A stretch of 49,894 bases of DNA. Origin: Nemertoderma westbladi. Taxonomy: Eukaryota > Animalia > Xenacoelomorpha. The position numbers were made by a program, and so were the translations under genes. Every line of letters begins with the position of its first letter. Within the stretch, counting starts at the first letter, position 1. A model generated the notes under the pieces. That model was not told where the DNA came from and did not search any database. It worked only from the letters and a program-made list of their open reading frames with translations. The stretch lies in assembly GCA_032718475.1 (NCBI GenBank), contig JAUCBJ010008753.1:1-49894 (forward strand), given 5' to 3'. Of this stretch, positions 1 to 14,800 are shown piece after piece.

Positions 1-852
1 CCCACCGAGCGAGTTTAGCGAGGGAAGTTACATAAATAAACAAGAACTTTAACACTGAATAATAAATACCCTTTCATACAATAATGTACGGAATTTTTGT
101 GCATTTTTAAACGTTTCAACGTTCTAAAGGTTTAATTGATGAGAACACTCAGATATTTTCTTTCAAAGTTATTGATAACTTTTTAGAAGTGTTAGGAGGA
201 TAACTACAGAGAGTAGATAGTTGACATAACGCAACACAATTTTAATAATTATAAAATTAATTGTTTTGATGAAGTGCACTCAATTACTGTAGATGTAATA
301 ACTAAATTTCTACAAATATCTACTAAATTACTTCACAATTTGCACATATTAAATAATGTTTTAATGTCGTATTACTTTATTGCCTTTCCATATTGGAATT
401 ATTTTATAAATTTCAAGCATTTAAACTTACCGACTCATGGCCTTATCCCATTAAACGAGAATAAATAATAATACAGAAATATTCAGTTCGGCAAACCTTA
501 TTCAAGCTTGCTATTTAATAAATTAATGAATGTAGATAAATGTAAATTTAATTGTCACAATAAATTCATACTTAATTGATACTTAAATACATTGGAACTT
601 AAATAAATTCTGTTTATTATATTACACTAAGGTTACAGTGGCTTACGTCATTAGTACCATAGAAACAAAGGCAGGTGTTTACTTACATAAAGTATGTTGA
701 CGGAGCCCCTACCCTAAGGAAATCCTCACTAAGAAAAACGGCAGGGAACCAATATTTAAGGGTTCCGTAACAAATATCTTGTCTCCATCGATATTCAAGC
801 AAAATTTTCAAAGATTATTATATTGTATTCAATTACAGTAGATTAAATTACA

Positions 853-2196
853 TCGTGTTACTCATAGTGTTACACAGCGTGTTTCAATATCGTGTTACAC
901 AACGTGTTACACATAGTGTTACACATAGTGTTACACAGCGTGTTACACATCGTGTTACACAACGTGTTACACATAGTGTTACACAGCGTGTTACACAGCG
1001 TGTTACACATAGTGTTACACAACGTGCTACACATCGCGTTACACAGCGTGTTACACAACGTGTTACACAGCGTGTTACACAGCGTGTTACACAGCGTGTT
1101 ACAAAGCGTGTTACACAACGTGTTACAAAGCATGTTATACAACGTGTTACACAGCGTGTTACACAATGTGTTACACATCGTGTTACACAGCGTGTTACAC
1201 AACGTGTTACACAATGTGTTACACATCGTGTTTCACTGCGTGTTACACATCGTGTTACACAGCGTGTTACACATAGTGTTACACAGCGTGTTACGCATAG
1301 TGTTACACAGCGTGTTACACATAGTGTTACACAGCGTGTTACACATCGTGTTATACAGCGTGTTACACAGCGTGTTACACATAGTGTTACAGAGCCTGTT
1401 ACACATCGTGTTACACAGCCTGTTACACATCGTGTTACACAGCGTGTTACACAGCGTGTTACACAGAATGTTACACAGTGTGCTACACAACGTTTTACAA
1501 AGCATGTTATACAACTTGTTACACAGCGTGTTACACATCGTGTTACACTGCGTGTTACACAGCCTGTTACACAACGTGTTACACAGCGTGTTGCACAACG
1601 TTTTACAAAGCATGTTATACAACGTGTTACAAAGCGTGTTACACAGCCTGTTACAGATCGTGTTACACAGCGTGTTACACTTCGTGTTACACAGCGTGTT
1701 ACACTTCGTGTTACACAGCGTGTTACACTTCGTGTTACACAGCGTGTTACACATAGTGTTACACAGCCTGTTACACATCATGTTACACAGCGTGTTACAC
1801 AATGTGTTACAAAACGTATAACACAGCGTGTTACACATAGTGTTACACAGCGTATTACACATAGTGTTACACAGCCTGTTACACATCGTGTTACACAGCA
1901 TGTTACACTTCGTGTTACACTTCTTGTTACACAGCGTGTTACACTTCGTGTTACACAGCGTGTTACACATCGTGTTACACAGCGTGTTACACAACGTGTT
2001 ACACAACGTGTTACACAGCGTGTTACACAGCCTGTTACACATCGTGTTACACAGCCTGTTACACATCGTGTTACACAGGGTGTAACACAACGGGTTACAC
2101 ATTGTGTTATACAACGTGTTACACAACGGGTTACACATCGTGTTACACATCATGTTACACATCATGTTACACATCGTGTTACACAGTGTGAAACAC
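853..2196. repeat. 12-bp tandem minisatellite, GTGTTACAC + variable trinucleotide (AGC/ATC/AAC/ATA/TTC), ~110 copies
   Basis: Period 12 read directly; 9-bp core GTGT-T-ACAC is palindromic around the central base; degenerate units continue to ~2460. Confidence 0.97.
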
Positions 2197-2828
2197 GTAA
2201 AGTGTAAGGTTTGTAACCGCTCGTAATAGAGTATAATCGTGAATTGTAACGCGTCGGGAACTACTGTATCTAACTCGGGTACTACATAACATAGTTTTGG
2301 GTAAACATGGTTTGTAACAAAGTGGGCATCATGGTGGGTTACAGGATGTAACATAGCGTGGTATGTCATGTAACAGGTTATGTAATACAGCGTGAATTAT
2401 GGCGAATATATAATACAGTTGAACACAATGTTATAAAACTTCCTTCCTGTCAACGTGTAATAACGTGAGCCACCAAGTAATATGCAATGCAATGGCGTCC
2501 AGGTGGAATCGTATTTTTTTCAGTATTTTTTAGTAATACTATTTTTTTAAAACAATTTTGCCTAATGACTTTTTATATCCGTTTTCTTCAAAATGCCTGA
2601 CTGATTACTGGCCTGTGTGTTTGATTACACCATTCCTGTGCCAAAATGTTAAAAATATATTGGTTTTCTGATAGTTTATTTTACAATGCCTTTGGTATAA
2701 TATTCAAAATTTGATAATATCTGGTCGGTGAGATAGTCGCTTTACATTCTTTATGATATCTAGACAGCCAAAGTAATAACAAACACACGGCCGAGGCCGA
2801 GGCGACCCGAAGGCTCCTCTTTTGATAG

Positions 2829-5800
2829 CTGATACCCGAGGGTACGGGTGGGCGCTACTCCTATCTGCTACTCGAAGGTAGGGGTGGGCGCTACTCCTAT
2901 CTGCTACCCGAGGGTAGGGGTGGGCGCTACTCCTATCTGCTATCCGAAGGTAGGGTCGGGCGCTACTCCTATCTGCTACCCGAAGGTAGGGTTGGGCGCT
3001 ACTCCTATCTGCTACCCGTAGGTAGGGGTGGGCGCTACTCCTATCTGCTACCCGAAGGTAGGGGTGGGCGCTACTCCTATCTGCTATCCGAAGGTAGGAG
3101 TGGGCGCTACTCCTATCTGCTACCCGAATGTAGGGTCGGGCGCTACTCATATCTGCTACCCGAGGGTAGGGGTGGGCGCTACTCCTATCTGCTATCCGAG
3201 GGTAGGGGTGGGCGCTACTCCTATCTGCTACTCGAAGGTAGGGGTGGGCGCTACTCCTATCTGCTACCCGAGGGTAGGGGTGGGCGCTACTCCTATCTGC
3301 TATCCGAAGGTAGGGTCGGGCGCTACTCCTATCTGCTACCCGAAGGTAGGGTTGGGCGCTACTCCTATCTGCTACCTGCGGGTAGTGGTGGGCGCTACTC
3401 CTTTCTGCTACCAGAAGGTAGGGGTGGGCGCTACTCCTTGCTACCCGAAGGTAGTGGTGGGCGCTACTCCTATCTGCTACCCGAGGGTAGGGGTGGGCGC
3501 TACTCCTATCTGCTATCCGAGGGTAGGGGTGGGCGCTACTCCTATCTGTTACCCGAGGGTAGGGGTGGGCGCTACTCATATCTGCTACCCGAGGGTAGTG
3601 GTGGGCGCTACTCCTATCTGCTACCCGAGGGTAGGGGTGGGCGCTACTCCTATCTGCTCCCCGAAGGTAGGGTTGGGCGCTACTCCTATCTGCTACCCGT
3701 AGGTAGGGGTGGGCGCTACTCCTATCTGCTACCCGAAGGTTGGGGTGGGCGCTACTCCTATCTGCTACCCGAAGGTTGGGGTGGGCGCTACTCCTATCTG
3801 CTACCCGAAGGTTAAGGTGGGCGCTACTCCTATCTGCTACCCGAAGGTAGTGGTGGGCGCTACTCCTATCTGCTACCCGAAGGTAGGGGTGGGCGCTACT
3901 CCTATCTGCTACCCGAGGGTAGGGGTGGGCGCTACTACTATCTGCTACCCGAAGGTAGTGCTGGGCGCTACTTCTATCTGCTACCCGAGGGTATGGGTGG
4001 GCGCTACTCCTATCTGCTACCTGAAGGTAGTGGTGGGCGCTACTCCTATCTGCTACCCGAAGGTAGGGTTGAGCGCTACTCCTATCTGCTACCCGTAGGT
4101 AGGGGTGGGCGCTACTCCTATATGCTACCCGAAGGTAGGGTCGGGCGCTACTCCTATCTGCTACCCGAAGGTAGGGTTGGGCGCTACTCCTATCTGCTAC
4201 CCGTAGGTAGGGGTGGGCGCTACTCCTATCTGCTACCCGAAGGTAGGGGTGGGCGCTACTCCTATCTGCTACCTGCGGGTAGTGGTGGGCGCTACTCCTA
4301 TCTGCTACCCGAAGGTAGGGGTGGGCGCTACTCCTTGCTACCCGAAGGTAGTGGTGGGCGCTACTCCTATCTGCTACCCGAGGGTAGGGGTGGGTGCTAC
4401 TCCTATCTGCTATCCGAGGGTAGGGGTGGGCGCTACTCCTATCTGTTACCCGATGGTAGGGGTGGGCGATACTCATATCTGCTACCCGAGGGTAGTGGTG
4501 GGCGCTACTCCTATCTGCTACCCGAGGGTAGGGGTGGGCGCTACTCCTATATGCTACCCGAAGGTAGGGTTGGGCGCTACTCCTATCTGCTACCCGTAGG
4601 TAGGGGTGGTCGCTACTCCTATCTGCTACCCGAAGGTAGGGGTGGGCGCTACTCCTATCTGCTACCTGCGGGTAGTGGTGGGCGCTACTCCTATCTGCTA
4701 CCCGAAGGTAGGGGTGGGCGCTACTCCTCGCTACCCGAAGGTAGTGGTGGGCGCTACTCCTATCTGCTACCCGACGGTAGGGGTGGGCGCTACTCCTATC
4801 TGCTACCTGAAGGTAGTGGTGGGTGCTACTCCTATCTGCTACCCGAGGGTAGGGGTGGGCGCTACTCCTATCTGCTACCCTAAGGTAGTGCTGGGCGCTA
4901 CTCCTATCTGCTACCCGAGGGTAGGGGTGGGAGCTACTCCTATCTGCTACTTGAAGATAGTGGTGGGCGCTACTCCTATCTGCTACCCGAGGGTAGGGGT
5001 GGGCGCTACTCCTATCTGCTACCCGAAGGTAAGGGTGGGCGCTACTCCTATCTGCTACCCGAAGGTAGTGGTGGGCGCTACTCCTATCTGCTACCCGAAG
5101 GTAGGGTTGGGCGCTACTTCTATCTGCTACCCGAGGGTAGGGGTGGGCGCTACTCCTATCTGCTACCCGAAGGTAGTGGTGGGCGCTACTCCTATCTGCT
5201 ACCCGAAGGTAGGGTTGGGCGCTACTTCTATCTGCTACCCGAGGGTAAGGGTAGGCGCTACTCCTATCTGCTACCCGATGGTAGTGGTGGGCGCTACTCC
5301 TATCTGCTACCCGAAGGTAGGGTTGGGCGCTACTCCTATCTGCTACCCGTAGGTAGGGGTGGGCGCTACTCCTATCTGCTATCCGAAGGTAGGAGTGGGC
5401 GCTACTGCTATCTGCTACCCGAAGGTAGGGTCGGGCGCTACTCATATCTGCTACCCGAGGGTAGGGGTGGGCGCTACTCCTATCTGCTATCCGAGGGTAG
5501 GGGTGGGCGCTACTCCTATCTGTTACCCGAGAGTAGGGGTGGGCGCTACTCCTATCTGCTACCCGAAGGTAGGGTTGGGCGCTACTCCTATCTGCTACCC
5601 GTAGGTAGGGGTGGGCGCTACTCCTATCTGCTACCCGAAGGTAGGGGTGGGCGCTACTCCTATCTGCTACCTGCGGGTAGTGGTGGGCGCTACTCCTTTC
5701 TGCTACCCGAAGGTAGGGGTGGGCGCTACTCCTTGCTACCCGAAGGTAGTGGTGGGCGCTACTCCTATCTGCTACCCGAGGGTAGGGGTGGGCGCTACTC

Positions 5801-8800
5801 CTATCTGCTATCCGAGGGTAGGGGTGGGCGCTACTCCTATCTGTTACCCGAGGGTAGGGGTGGGCGCTACTCATATCTGCTACCCGAGGGTAGTGGTGGG
5901 CGCTACTCCTATCTGCTACCCGAGGGTAGGGGTGGGCGCTACTCCTATCTGCTCCCCGAAGGTAGGGTTGGGCGCTACTCCTATCTGCTACCCGTAGGTA
6001 GGGGTGGGCGCTACTCCTATCTGCTACCCGAAGGTCGGGGTGGGCGCTACTCCTATCTGCTACCTGCGGGCAGTGGTGGGCGCTACTCCTATCTGCTACC
6101 CGAAGGTAGGGGTGGGCGCTACTCCTTGCTACCCGAAGGTAGTGGTGGGCGCTACTCCTATCTGCTACTCGAAGGTAGGGGTGGGCGCTACTCCTATCTG
6201 CTACCCGAGGGTACGGGTGGGCGCTACTCCTATCTGCTACTCGAAGGTAGGGGTGGGCGCTACTCCTATCTGCTACCCGAGGGTAGGGGTGGGCGCTACT
6301 CCTATCTGCTATCCGAAGGTAGGGTCGGGCGCTACTCCTATCTGCTACCCGAAGGTAGGGTTGGGCGCTACTCCTATCTGCTACCCGTAGGTAGGGGTGG
6401 GCGCTACTCCTATCTGCTACCCGAAGGTAGGGGTGGGCGCTACTCCTATCTGCTATCCGAAGGTAGGAGTGGGCGCTACTCCTATCTGCTACCCGAAGGT
6501 AGGGTCGGGCGCTACTCATATCTGCTACCCGAGGGTAGGGGTGGGCGCTACTCCTATCTGCTATCCGAGGGTAGGGGTGGGCGCTACTCCTATCTGCTAC
6601 TCGAAGGTAGGGGTGGGCGCTACTCCTATCTGCTACCCGAGGGTAGGGGTGGGCGCTACTCCTATCTGCTATCCGAAGGTAGGGTCGGGCGCTACTCCTA
6701 TCTGCTACCCGAAGGTAGGGTTGGGCGCTACTCCTATCTGCTACCTGCGGGTAGTGGTGGGCGCTACTCCTTTCTGCTACCAGAAGGTAGGGGTGGGCGC
6801 TACTCCTTGCTACCCGAAGGTAGTGGTGGGCGCTACTCCTATCTGCTACCCGAGGGTAGGGGTGGGCGCTACTCCTATCTGCTATCCGAGGGTAGGGGTG
6901 GGCGCTACTCCTATCTGTTACCCGAGGGTAGGGGTGGGCGCTACTCATATCTGCTACCCGAGGGTAGTGGTGGGCGCTACTCCTATCTGCTACCCGAGGG
7001 TAGGGGTGGGCGCTACTCCTATCTGCTCCCCGAAGGTAGGGTTGGGCGCTACTCCTATCTGCTACCCGTAGGTAGGGGTGGGCGCTACTCCTATCTGCTA
7101 CCCGAAGGTTGGGGTGGGCGCTACTCCTATCTGCTACCCGAAGGTTGGGGTGGGCGCTACTCCTATCTGCTACCCGAAGGTTAAGGTGGGCGCTACTCCT
7201 ATCTGCTACCCGAAGGTAGTGGTGGGCGCTACTCCTATCTGCTACCCGAAGGTAGGGGTGGGCGCTACTCCTATCTGCTACCCGAGGGTAGGGGTGGGCG
7301 CTACTACTATCTGCTACCCGAAGGTAGTGCTGGGCGCTACTTCTATCTGCTACCCGAGGGTATGGGTGGGCGCTACTCCTATCTGCTACCTGAAGGTAGT
7401 GGTGGGCGCTACTCCTATCTGCTACCCGAAGGTAGGGTTGAGCGCTACTCCTATCTGCTACCCGTAGGTAGGGGTGGGCGCTACTCCTATCTGCTACCCG
7501 AAGGTAGGGTGGGCGCTACTCCTATCTGCTACCCGAAGGTAGGGGTGGGCGCTACTCCTATCTGCTACTCGAAGGTAGGGGTGGGCGCTACTCCTATCTG
7601 CTACCCGAGGGTAGGGGTGGGCGCTACTCCTATCTGCTACCCGAAGGTAGGGGTGGGCGCTACTCCTATCTGCTACCCGAAGGTAGTGGTGGGCGCTACT
7701 CCTATCTGCTACCCGAAGGTAGGGGTGGGCGCTACTCCTATCTGCTACCCGAGGGTAGGGGTGGGCGCTACTCCTATCTGCTACCCGAAGGTAGGGGTGG
7801 GCGCTACTCCTATCTGCTACCCGAAGGTAGGGTGGGCGCTACTTCTATCTGCTACCCGAGGGTAAGGGTGGGCGCTACTCCTATCTGCTACCCGAGGTAG
7901 TGGTGGGCGCTACTCCTATCTGCTACCCGAAGGTAGGGGTGGGCGCTACTCCTATCTGCTACCCGTAGGTAGGGGTGGGCGCTACTCCTATCTGCTACCC
8001 GAAGGTAGGGGTGGGCGCTACTCCTATCTGCTACCCGAAGGTAGGGTCGGGCGCTACTCCTATCTGCTACCCGAGGGTAGGGGTGGGCGCTACTCCTATC
8101 TGCTACCCGAGGGTAGGGGTGGGCGCTACTCCTATCTGCTACCCGAGAGTAGGGGTGGGCGCTACTCCTATCTGCTACCCGAAGGTAGGGTTGGGCGCTA
8201 CTCCTATCTGCTACCCGTAGGTAGGGGTGGGCGCTACTCCTATCTGCTACCCGAAGGTAGGGGTGGGCGCTACTCCTATCTGCTACCTGCGGGTAGTGGT
8301 GGGCGCTACTCCTATCTGCTACCAGAAGGTAGGGGTGGGCGCTACTCCTTCTGCTACCCGAAGGTAGTGGTGGGCGCTACTCCTATCTGCTACCCGAGGG
8401 TAGGGGTGGGCGCTACTCCTATCTGCTATCCGAGGGTAGGGGTGGGCGCTACTCCTATCTGTTACCCGAGGGTAGGGGTGGGCGCTACTCATATCTGCTA
8501 CCCGAGGGTAGTGGTGGGCGCTACTCCTATCTGCTACCCGAGGGTAGGGGTGGGCGCTACTCCTATCTGCTCCCCGAAGGTAGGGTTGGGCGCTACTCCT
8601 ATCTGCTACCCGTAGGTAGGGGTGGGCGCTACTCCTATCTGCTACCCGAAGGTCGGGGTGGGCGCTACTCCTATCTGCTACCTGCGGGCAGTGGTGGGCG
8701 CTACTCCTATCTGCTACCCGAAGGTAGTGCTGGGCGCTACTTCTATCTGCTACCCGAGGGTATGGGTGGGCGCTACTCCTATCTGCTACCTGAAGGTAGT

Positions 8801-11800
8801 GGTGGGCGCTACTCCTATCTGCTACCCGAAGGTAGGGTTGGGCGCTACTCCTATCTGCTACCCGTAGGTAGGGGTGGGCGCTACTCCTATATGCTACCCG
8901 AAGGTAGGGGTCGGGCGCTACTCCTATCTGCTACCCGAAGGTAGGGTTGGGCGCTACTCCTATCTGCTACCCGTAGGTAGGGGTGGGCGCTACTCCTATC
9001 TGCTACCCGAAGGTAGGGGTGGGCGCTACTCCTATCTGCTACCTGCGGGTAGTGGTGGGCGCTACTCCTATCTGCTACCCGAAGGTAGGGTGGGCGCTAC
9101 TCCTATCTGCTACCCGAAGGTAGTGGTGGGCGCTACTCCTATCTGCTACCCGAAGGTAGGGGTGGGCGCTACTCCTATCTGCTACCCGAGGGTAGGGGTG
9201 GGCGCTACTCCTATCTGCTACCCGAAGGTAGTGCTGGGCGCTACTTCTATCTGCTACCCGAGGGTATGGGTGGGCGCTACTCCTATCTGCTACCTGAAGG
9301 TAGTGGTGGGCGCTACTCCTATCTGCTACCCGAAGGTAGGGTTGAGCGCTACTCCTATCTGCTACCCGTAGGTAGGGGTGGGCGCTACTCCTATATGCTA
9401 CCCGAAGGTAGGGTCGGGCGCTACTCCTATCTGCTACCCGAAGGTAGGGTTGGGCGCTACTCCTATCTGCTACCCGTAGGTAGGGGTGGGCGCTACTCCT
9501 ATCTGCTACCCGAAGGTAGGGGTGGGCGCTACTCCTATCTGCTACCTGCGGGTAGTGGTGGGCGCTACTCCTATCTGCTACCCGAAGGTAGGGGTGGGCG
9601 CTACTCCTATCTGCTACCCGAAGGTAGTGGTGGGCGCTACTCCTATCTGCTACCCGAGGGTAGGGGTGGGTGCTACTCCTATCTGCTACCCGAAGGTAGT
9701 GGTGGGCGCTACTCCTATCTGCTACCCGAGGGTAGGGGTGGGCGCTACTCCTATCTGCTATCCGAGGGTAGGGGTGGGCGCTACTCCTATCTGTTACCCG
9801 AGGGTAGGGGTGGGCGCTACTCATATCTGCTACCCGAGGGTAGTGGTGGGCGCTACTCCTATCTGCTACCCGAGGGTAGGGGTGGGCGCTACTCCTATCT
9901 GCTCCCCGAAGGTAGGGTTGGGCGCTACTCCTATCTGCTACCCGTAGGTAGGGGTGGGCGCTACTCCTATCTGCTACCCGAAGGTCGGGGTGGGCGCTAC
10001 TCCTATCTGCTACCTGCGGGCAGTGGTGGGCGCTACTCCTATCTGCTACCCGAAGGTAGTGCTGGGCGCTACTTCTATCTGCTACCCGAGGGTATGGGTG
10101 GGCGCTACTCCTATCTGCTACCTGAAGGTAGTGGTGGGCGCTACTCCTATCTGCTACCCGAAGGTAGGGTTGAGCGCTACTCCTATCTGCTACCCGTAGG
10201 TAGGGGTGGGCGCTACTCCTATATGCTACCCGAAGGTAGGGTCGGGCGCTACTCCTATCTGCTACCCGAAGGTAGGGTTGGGCGCTACTCCTATCTGCTA
10301 CCCGTAGGTAGGGGTGGGCGCTACTCCTATCTGCTACCCGAAGGTAGGGGTGGGCGCTACTCCTATCTGCTACCTGCGGGTAGTGGTGGGCGCTACTCCT
10401 ATCTGCTACCCGAAGGTTAAGGTGGGCGCTACTCCTATCTGCTACCCGAAGGTAGTGGTGGGCGCTACTCCTATCTGCTACCCGAAGGTAGGGGTGGGCG
10501 CTACTCCTATCTGCTACCCGAGGGTAGGGGTGGGCGCTACTACTATCTGCTACCCGAAGGTAGTGCTGGGCGCTACTTCTATCTGCTACCCGAGGGTATG
10601 GGTGGGCGCTACTCCTATCTGCTACCTGAAGGTAGTGGTGGGCGCTACTCCTATCTGCTACCCGAAGGTAGGGTTGAGCGCTACTCCTATCTGCTACCCG
10701 TAGGTAGGGGTGGGCGCTACTCCTATATGCTACCCGAAGGTAGGGTCGGGCGCTACTCCTATCTGCTACCCGAAGGTAGGGTTGGGCGCTACTCCTATCT
10801 GCTACCCGTAGGTAGGGGTGGGCGCTACTCCTATCTGCTACCCGAGGGTAGGGGTGGGCGCTACTACTATCTGCTACCCGAAGGTAGTGCTGGGCGCTAC
10901 TTCTATCTGCTACCCGAAGGTAGGGTTGAGCGCTACTCCTATCTGCTACCCGTAGGTAGGGGTGGGCGCTACTCCTATATGCTACCCGAAGGTAGGGTCG
11001 GGCGCTACTCCTATCTGCTACCCGAAGGTAGGGTTGGGCGCTACTCCTATCTGCTACCTGAAGGTAGTGGTGGGCGCTACTCCTATCTGCTACCCGAAGG
11101 TAGGGTTGAGCGCTACTCCTATCTGCTACCCGTAGGTAGGGGTGGGCGCTACTCCTATATGCTACCCGAAGGTAGGGTCGGGCGCTACTCCTATCTGCTA
11201 CCCGAAGGTAGGGTTGGGCGCTACTCCTATCTGCTACCCGTAGGTAGGGGTGGGCGCTACTCCTATCTGCTACCCGAAGGTAGGGGTGGGCGCTACTCCT
11301 ATCTGCTACCTGCGGGTAGTGGTGGGCGCTACTCCTATCTGCTACCCGAAGGTAGGGGTGGGCGCTACTCCTTGCTACCCGAAGGTAGTGGTGGGCGCTA
11401 CTCCTATCTGCTACCCGAGGGTAGGGGTGGGTGCTACTCATATCTGCTACCCGAAGGTAGTGGTGGGCGCTACTCCTATCTGCTACCCGAGGGTAGGGGT
11501 GGGCGCTACTCCTATCTGCTATCCGAGGGTAGGGGTGGGCGCTACTCCTATCTGTTACCCGAGGGTAGGGGTGGGCGCTACTCATATCTGCTACCCGAGG
11601 GTAGTGGTGGGCGCTACTCCTATCTGCTACCCGAGGGTAGGGGTGGGCGCTACTCCTATCTGCTCCCCGAAGGTAGGGTTGGGCGCTACTCCTATCTGCT
11701 ACCCGTAGGTAGGGGTGGGCGCTACTCCTATCTGCTACCCGAAGGTCGGGGTGGGCGCTACTCCTATCTGCTACCTGCGGGCAGTGGTGGGCGCTACTCC

Positions 11801-14800
11801 TATCTGCTACCCGAAGGTAGTGCTGGGCGCTACTTCTATCTGCTACCCGAGGGTATGGGTGGGCGCTACTCCTATCTGCTACCTGAAGGTAGTGGTGGGC
11901 GCTACTCCTATCTGCTACCCGAAGGTAGGGTTGAGCGCTACTCCTATCTGCTACCCGTAGGTAGGGGTGGGCGCTACTCCTATATGCTACCCGAAGGTAG
12001 GGTCGGGCGCTACTCCTATCTGCTACCCGAAGGTAGGGTTGGGCGCTACTCCTATCTGCTACCCGTAGGTAGGGGTGGGCGCTACTCCTATCTGCTACCC
12101 GAAGGTAGGGGTGGGCGCTACTCCTATCTGCTACCTGCGGGTAGTGGTGGGCGCTACTCCTATCTGCTACCCGAAGGTTAAGGTGGGCGCTACTCCTATC
12201 TGCTACCCGAAGGTAGTGGTGGGCGCTACTCCTATCTGCTACCCGAAGGTAGGGGTGGGCGCTACTCCTATCTGCTACCCGAGGGTAGGGGTGGGCGCTA
12301 CTACTATCTGCTACCCGAAGGTAGTGCTGGGCGCTACTTCTATCTGCTACCCGAGGGTATGGGTGGGCGCTACTCCTATCTGCTACCTGAAGGTAGTGGT
12401 GGGCGCTACTCCTATCTGCTACCCGAAGGTAGGGTTGAGCGCTACTCCTATCTGCTACCCGTAGGTAGGGGTGGGCGCTACTCCTATATGCTACCCGAAG
12501 GTAGGGTCGGGCGCTACTCCTATCTGCTACCCGAAGGTAGGGTTGGGCGCTACTCCTATCTGCTACCCGTAGGTAGGGGTGGGCGCTACTCCTATCTGCT
12601 ACCCGAAGGTAGGGGTGGGCGCTACTCCTATCTGCTACCTGCGGGTAGTGGTGGGCGCTACTCCTATCTGCTACCCGAAGGTAGGGGTGGGCGCTACTCC
12701 TTGCTACCCGAAGGTAGTGGTGGGCGCTACTCCTATCTGCTACCCGAGGGTAGGGGTGGGTGCTACTCATATCTGCTACCCGAGGGTAGTGGTGGGCGCT
12801 ACTCCTATCTGCTACCCGAGGGTAGGGGTGGGCGCTACTCCTATCTGCTCCCCGAAGGTAGGGTTGGGCGCTACTCCTATCTGCTACCCGTAGGTAGGGG
12901 TGGGCGCTACTCCTATCTGCTACCCGAAGGTCGGGGTGGGCGCTACTCCTATCTGCTACCTGCGGGCAGTGGTGGGCGCTACTCCTATCTGCTACCCGAA
13001 GGTAGGGGTGGGCGCTACTCCTTGCTACCCGAAGGTAGTGGTGGGCGCTACTCCTATCTGCTACTCGAAGGTAGGGGTGGGCGCTACTCCTATCTGCTAC
13101 CCGAGGGTACGGGTGGGCGCTACTCCTATCTGCTACTCGAAGGTAGGGGTGGGCGCTACTCCTATCTGCTACCCGAGGGTAGGGGTGGGCGCTACTCCTA
13201 TCTGCTATCCGAAGGTAGGGTCGGGCGCTACTCCTATCTGCTACCCGAAGGTAGGGTTGGGCGCTACTCCTATCTGCTACCCGTAGGTAGGGGTGGGCGC
13301 TACTCCTATCTGCTACCCGAAGGTAGGGGTGGGCGCTACTCCTATCTGCTATCCGAAGGTAGGAGTGGGCGCTACTCCTATCTGCTGCCCGAAGGTAGGG
13401 TCGGGCGCTACTCATATCTGCTACCCGAGGGTAGGGGTGGGCGCTACTCCTATCTGCTATCCGAGGGTAGGGGTGGGCGCTACTCCTATCTGCTACTCGA
13501 AGGTAGGGGTGGGCGCTACTCCTATCTGCTACCCGAGGGTAGGGGTGGGCGCTACTCCTATCTGCTATCCGAAGGTAGGGTCGGGCGCTACTCCTATCTG
13601 CTACCCGAAGGTAGGGTTGGGCGCTACTCCTATCTGCTACCTGCGGGTAGTGGTGGGCGCTACTCCTTTCTGCTACCAGAAGGTAGGGGTGGGCGCTACT
13701 CCTTGCTACCCGAAGGTAGTGGTGGGCGCTACTCCTATCTGCTACCCGAGGGTAGGGGTGGGCGCTTCTCCTATCTGCTATCCGAGGGTAGGTGTGGGCG
13801 CTACTCCTATCTGTTACCCGAGGGTAGGGGTGGGCGCTACTCATATCTGCTACCCGAGGGTAGTGGTGGGCGCTACTCCTATCTGCTACCCGAGGGTAGG
13901 GGTGGGCGCTACTCCTATCTGCTCCCCGAAGGTAGGGTTGGGCGCTACTCCTATCTGCTACCCGTAGGTAGGGGTGGGCGCTACTCCTATCTGCTACCCG
14001 AAGGTTGGGGTGGGCGCTACTCCTATCTGCTACCCGAAGGTTGGGGTGGGCGCTACTCCTATCTGCTACCCGAAGGTTAAGGTGGGCGCTACTCCTATCT
14101 GCTACCCGAAAGTAGTGGTGGGCGCTACTCCTATCTGCTACCCGAAGGTAGGGGTGGGCGCTACTCCTATCTGCTACCCGAGGGTAGGGGTGGGCGCTAC
14201 TACTATCTGCTACCCGAAGGTAGTGCTGGGCGCTACTTCTATCTGCTACCCGAGGGTATGGGTGGGCGCTACTCCTATCTGCTACCTGAAGGTAGTGGTG
14301 GGCGCTACTCCTATCTGCTACCCGAAGGTAGGGTTGAGCGCTACTCCTATCTGCTACCCGTAGGTAGGGGTGGGCGCTACTCCTATATGCTACCCGAAGG
14401 TAGGGTCGGGCGCTACTCCTATCTGCTACCCGAAGGTAGGGTTGGGCGCTACTCCTATCTGCTACCCGTAGGTAGGGGTGGGCGCTACTCCTATCTGCTA
14501 CCCGAAGGTAGGGGTGGGCGCTACTCCTATCTGCTACCTGCGGGTAGTGGTGGGCGCTACTCCTATCTGCTACCCGAAGGTAGGGGTGGGCGCTACTCCT
14601 TGCTACCCGAAGGTAGTGGTGGGCGCTACTCCTATCTGCTACCCGAGGGTAGGGGTGGGTGCTACTCCTATCTGCTATCCGAGGGTAGGGGTGGGCGCTA
14701 CTCCTATCTGTTACCCGATGGTAGGGGTGGGCGATACTCATATCTGCTACCCGAGGGTAGTGGTGGGCGCTACTCCTATCTGCTACCCGAGGGTAGGGGT

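Noticed and set aside
680-800. Possible minus-strand exon ending in GTAAGT
   Set aside because: No clear acceptor or start and no recognisable peptide.
855-2369. VTQR / LCNT / VLHS repeat ORFs
   Set aside because: Translations of a 12-bp minisatellite open in several frames on both strands.
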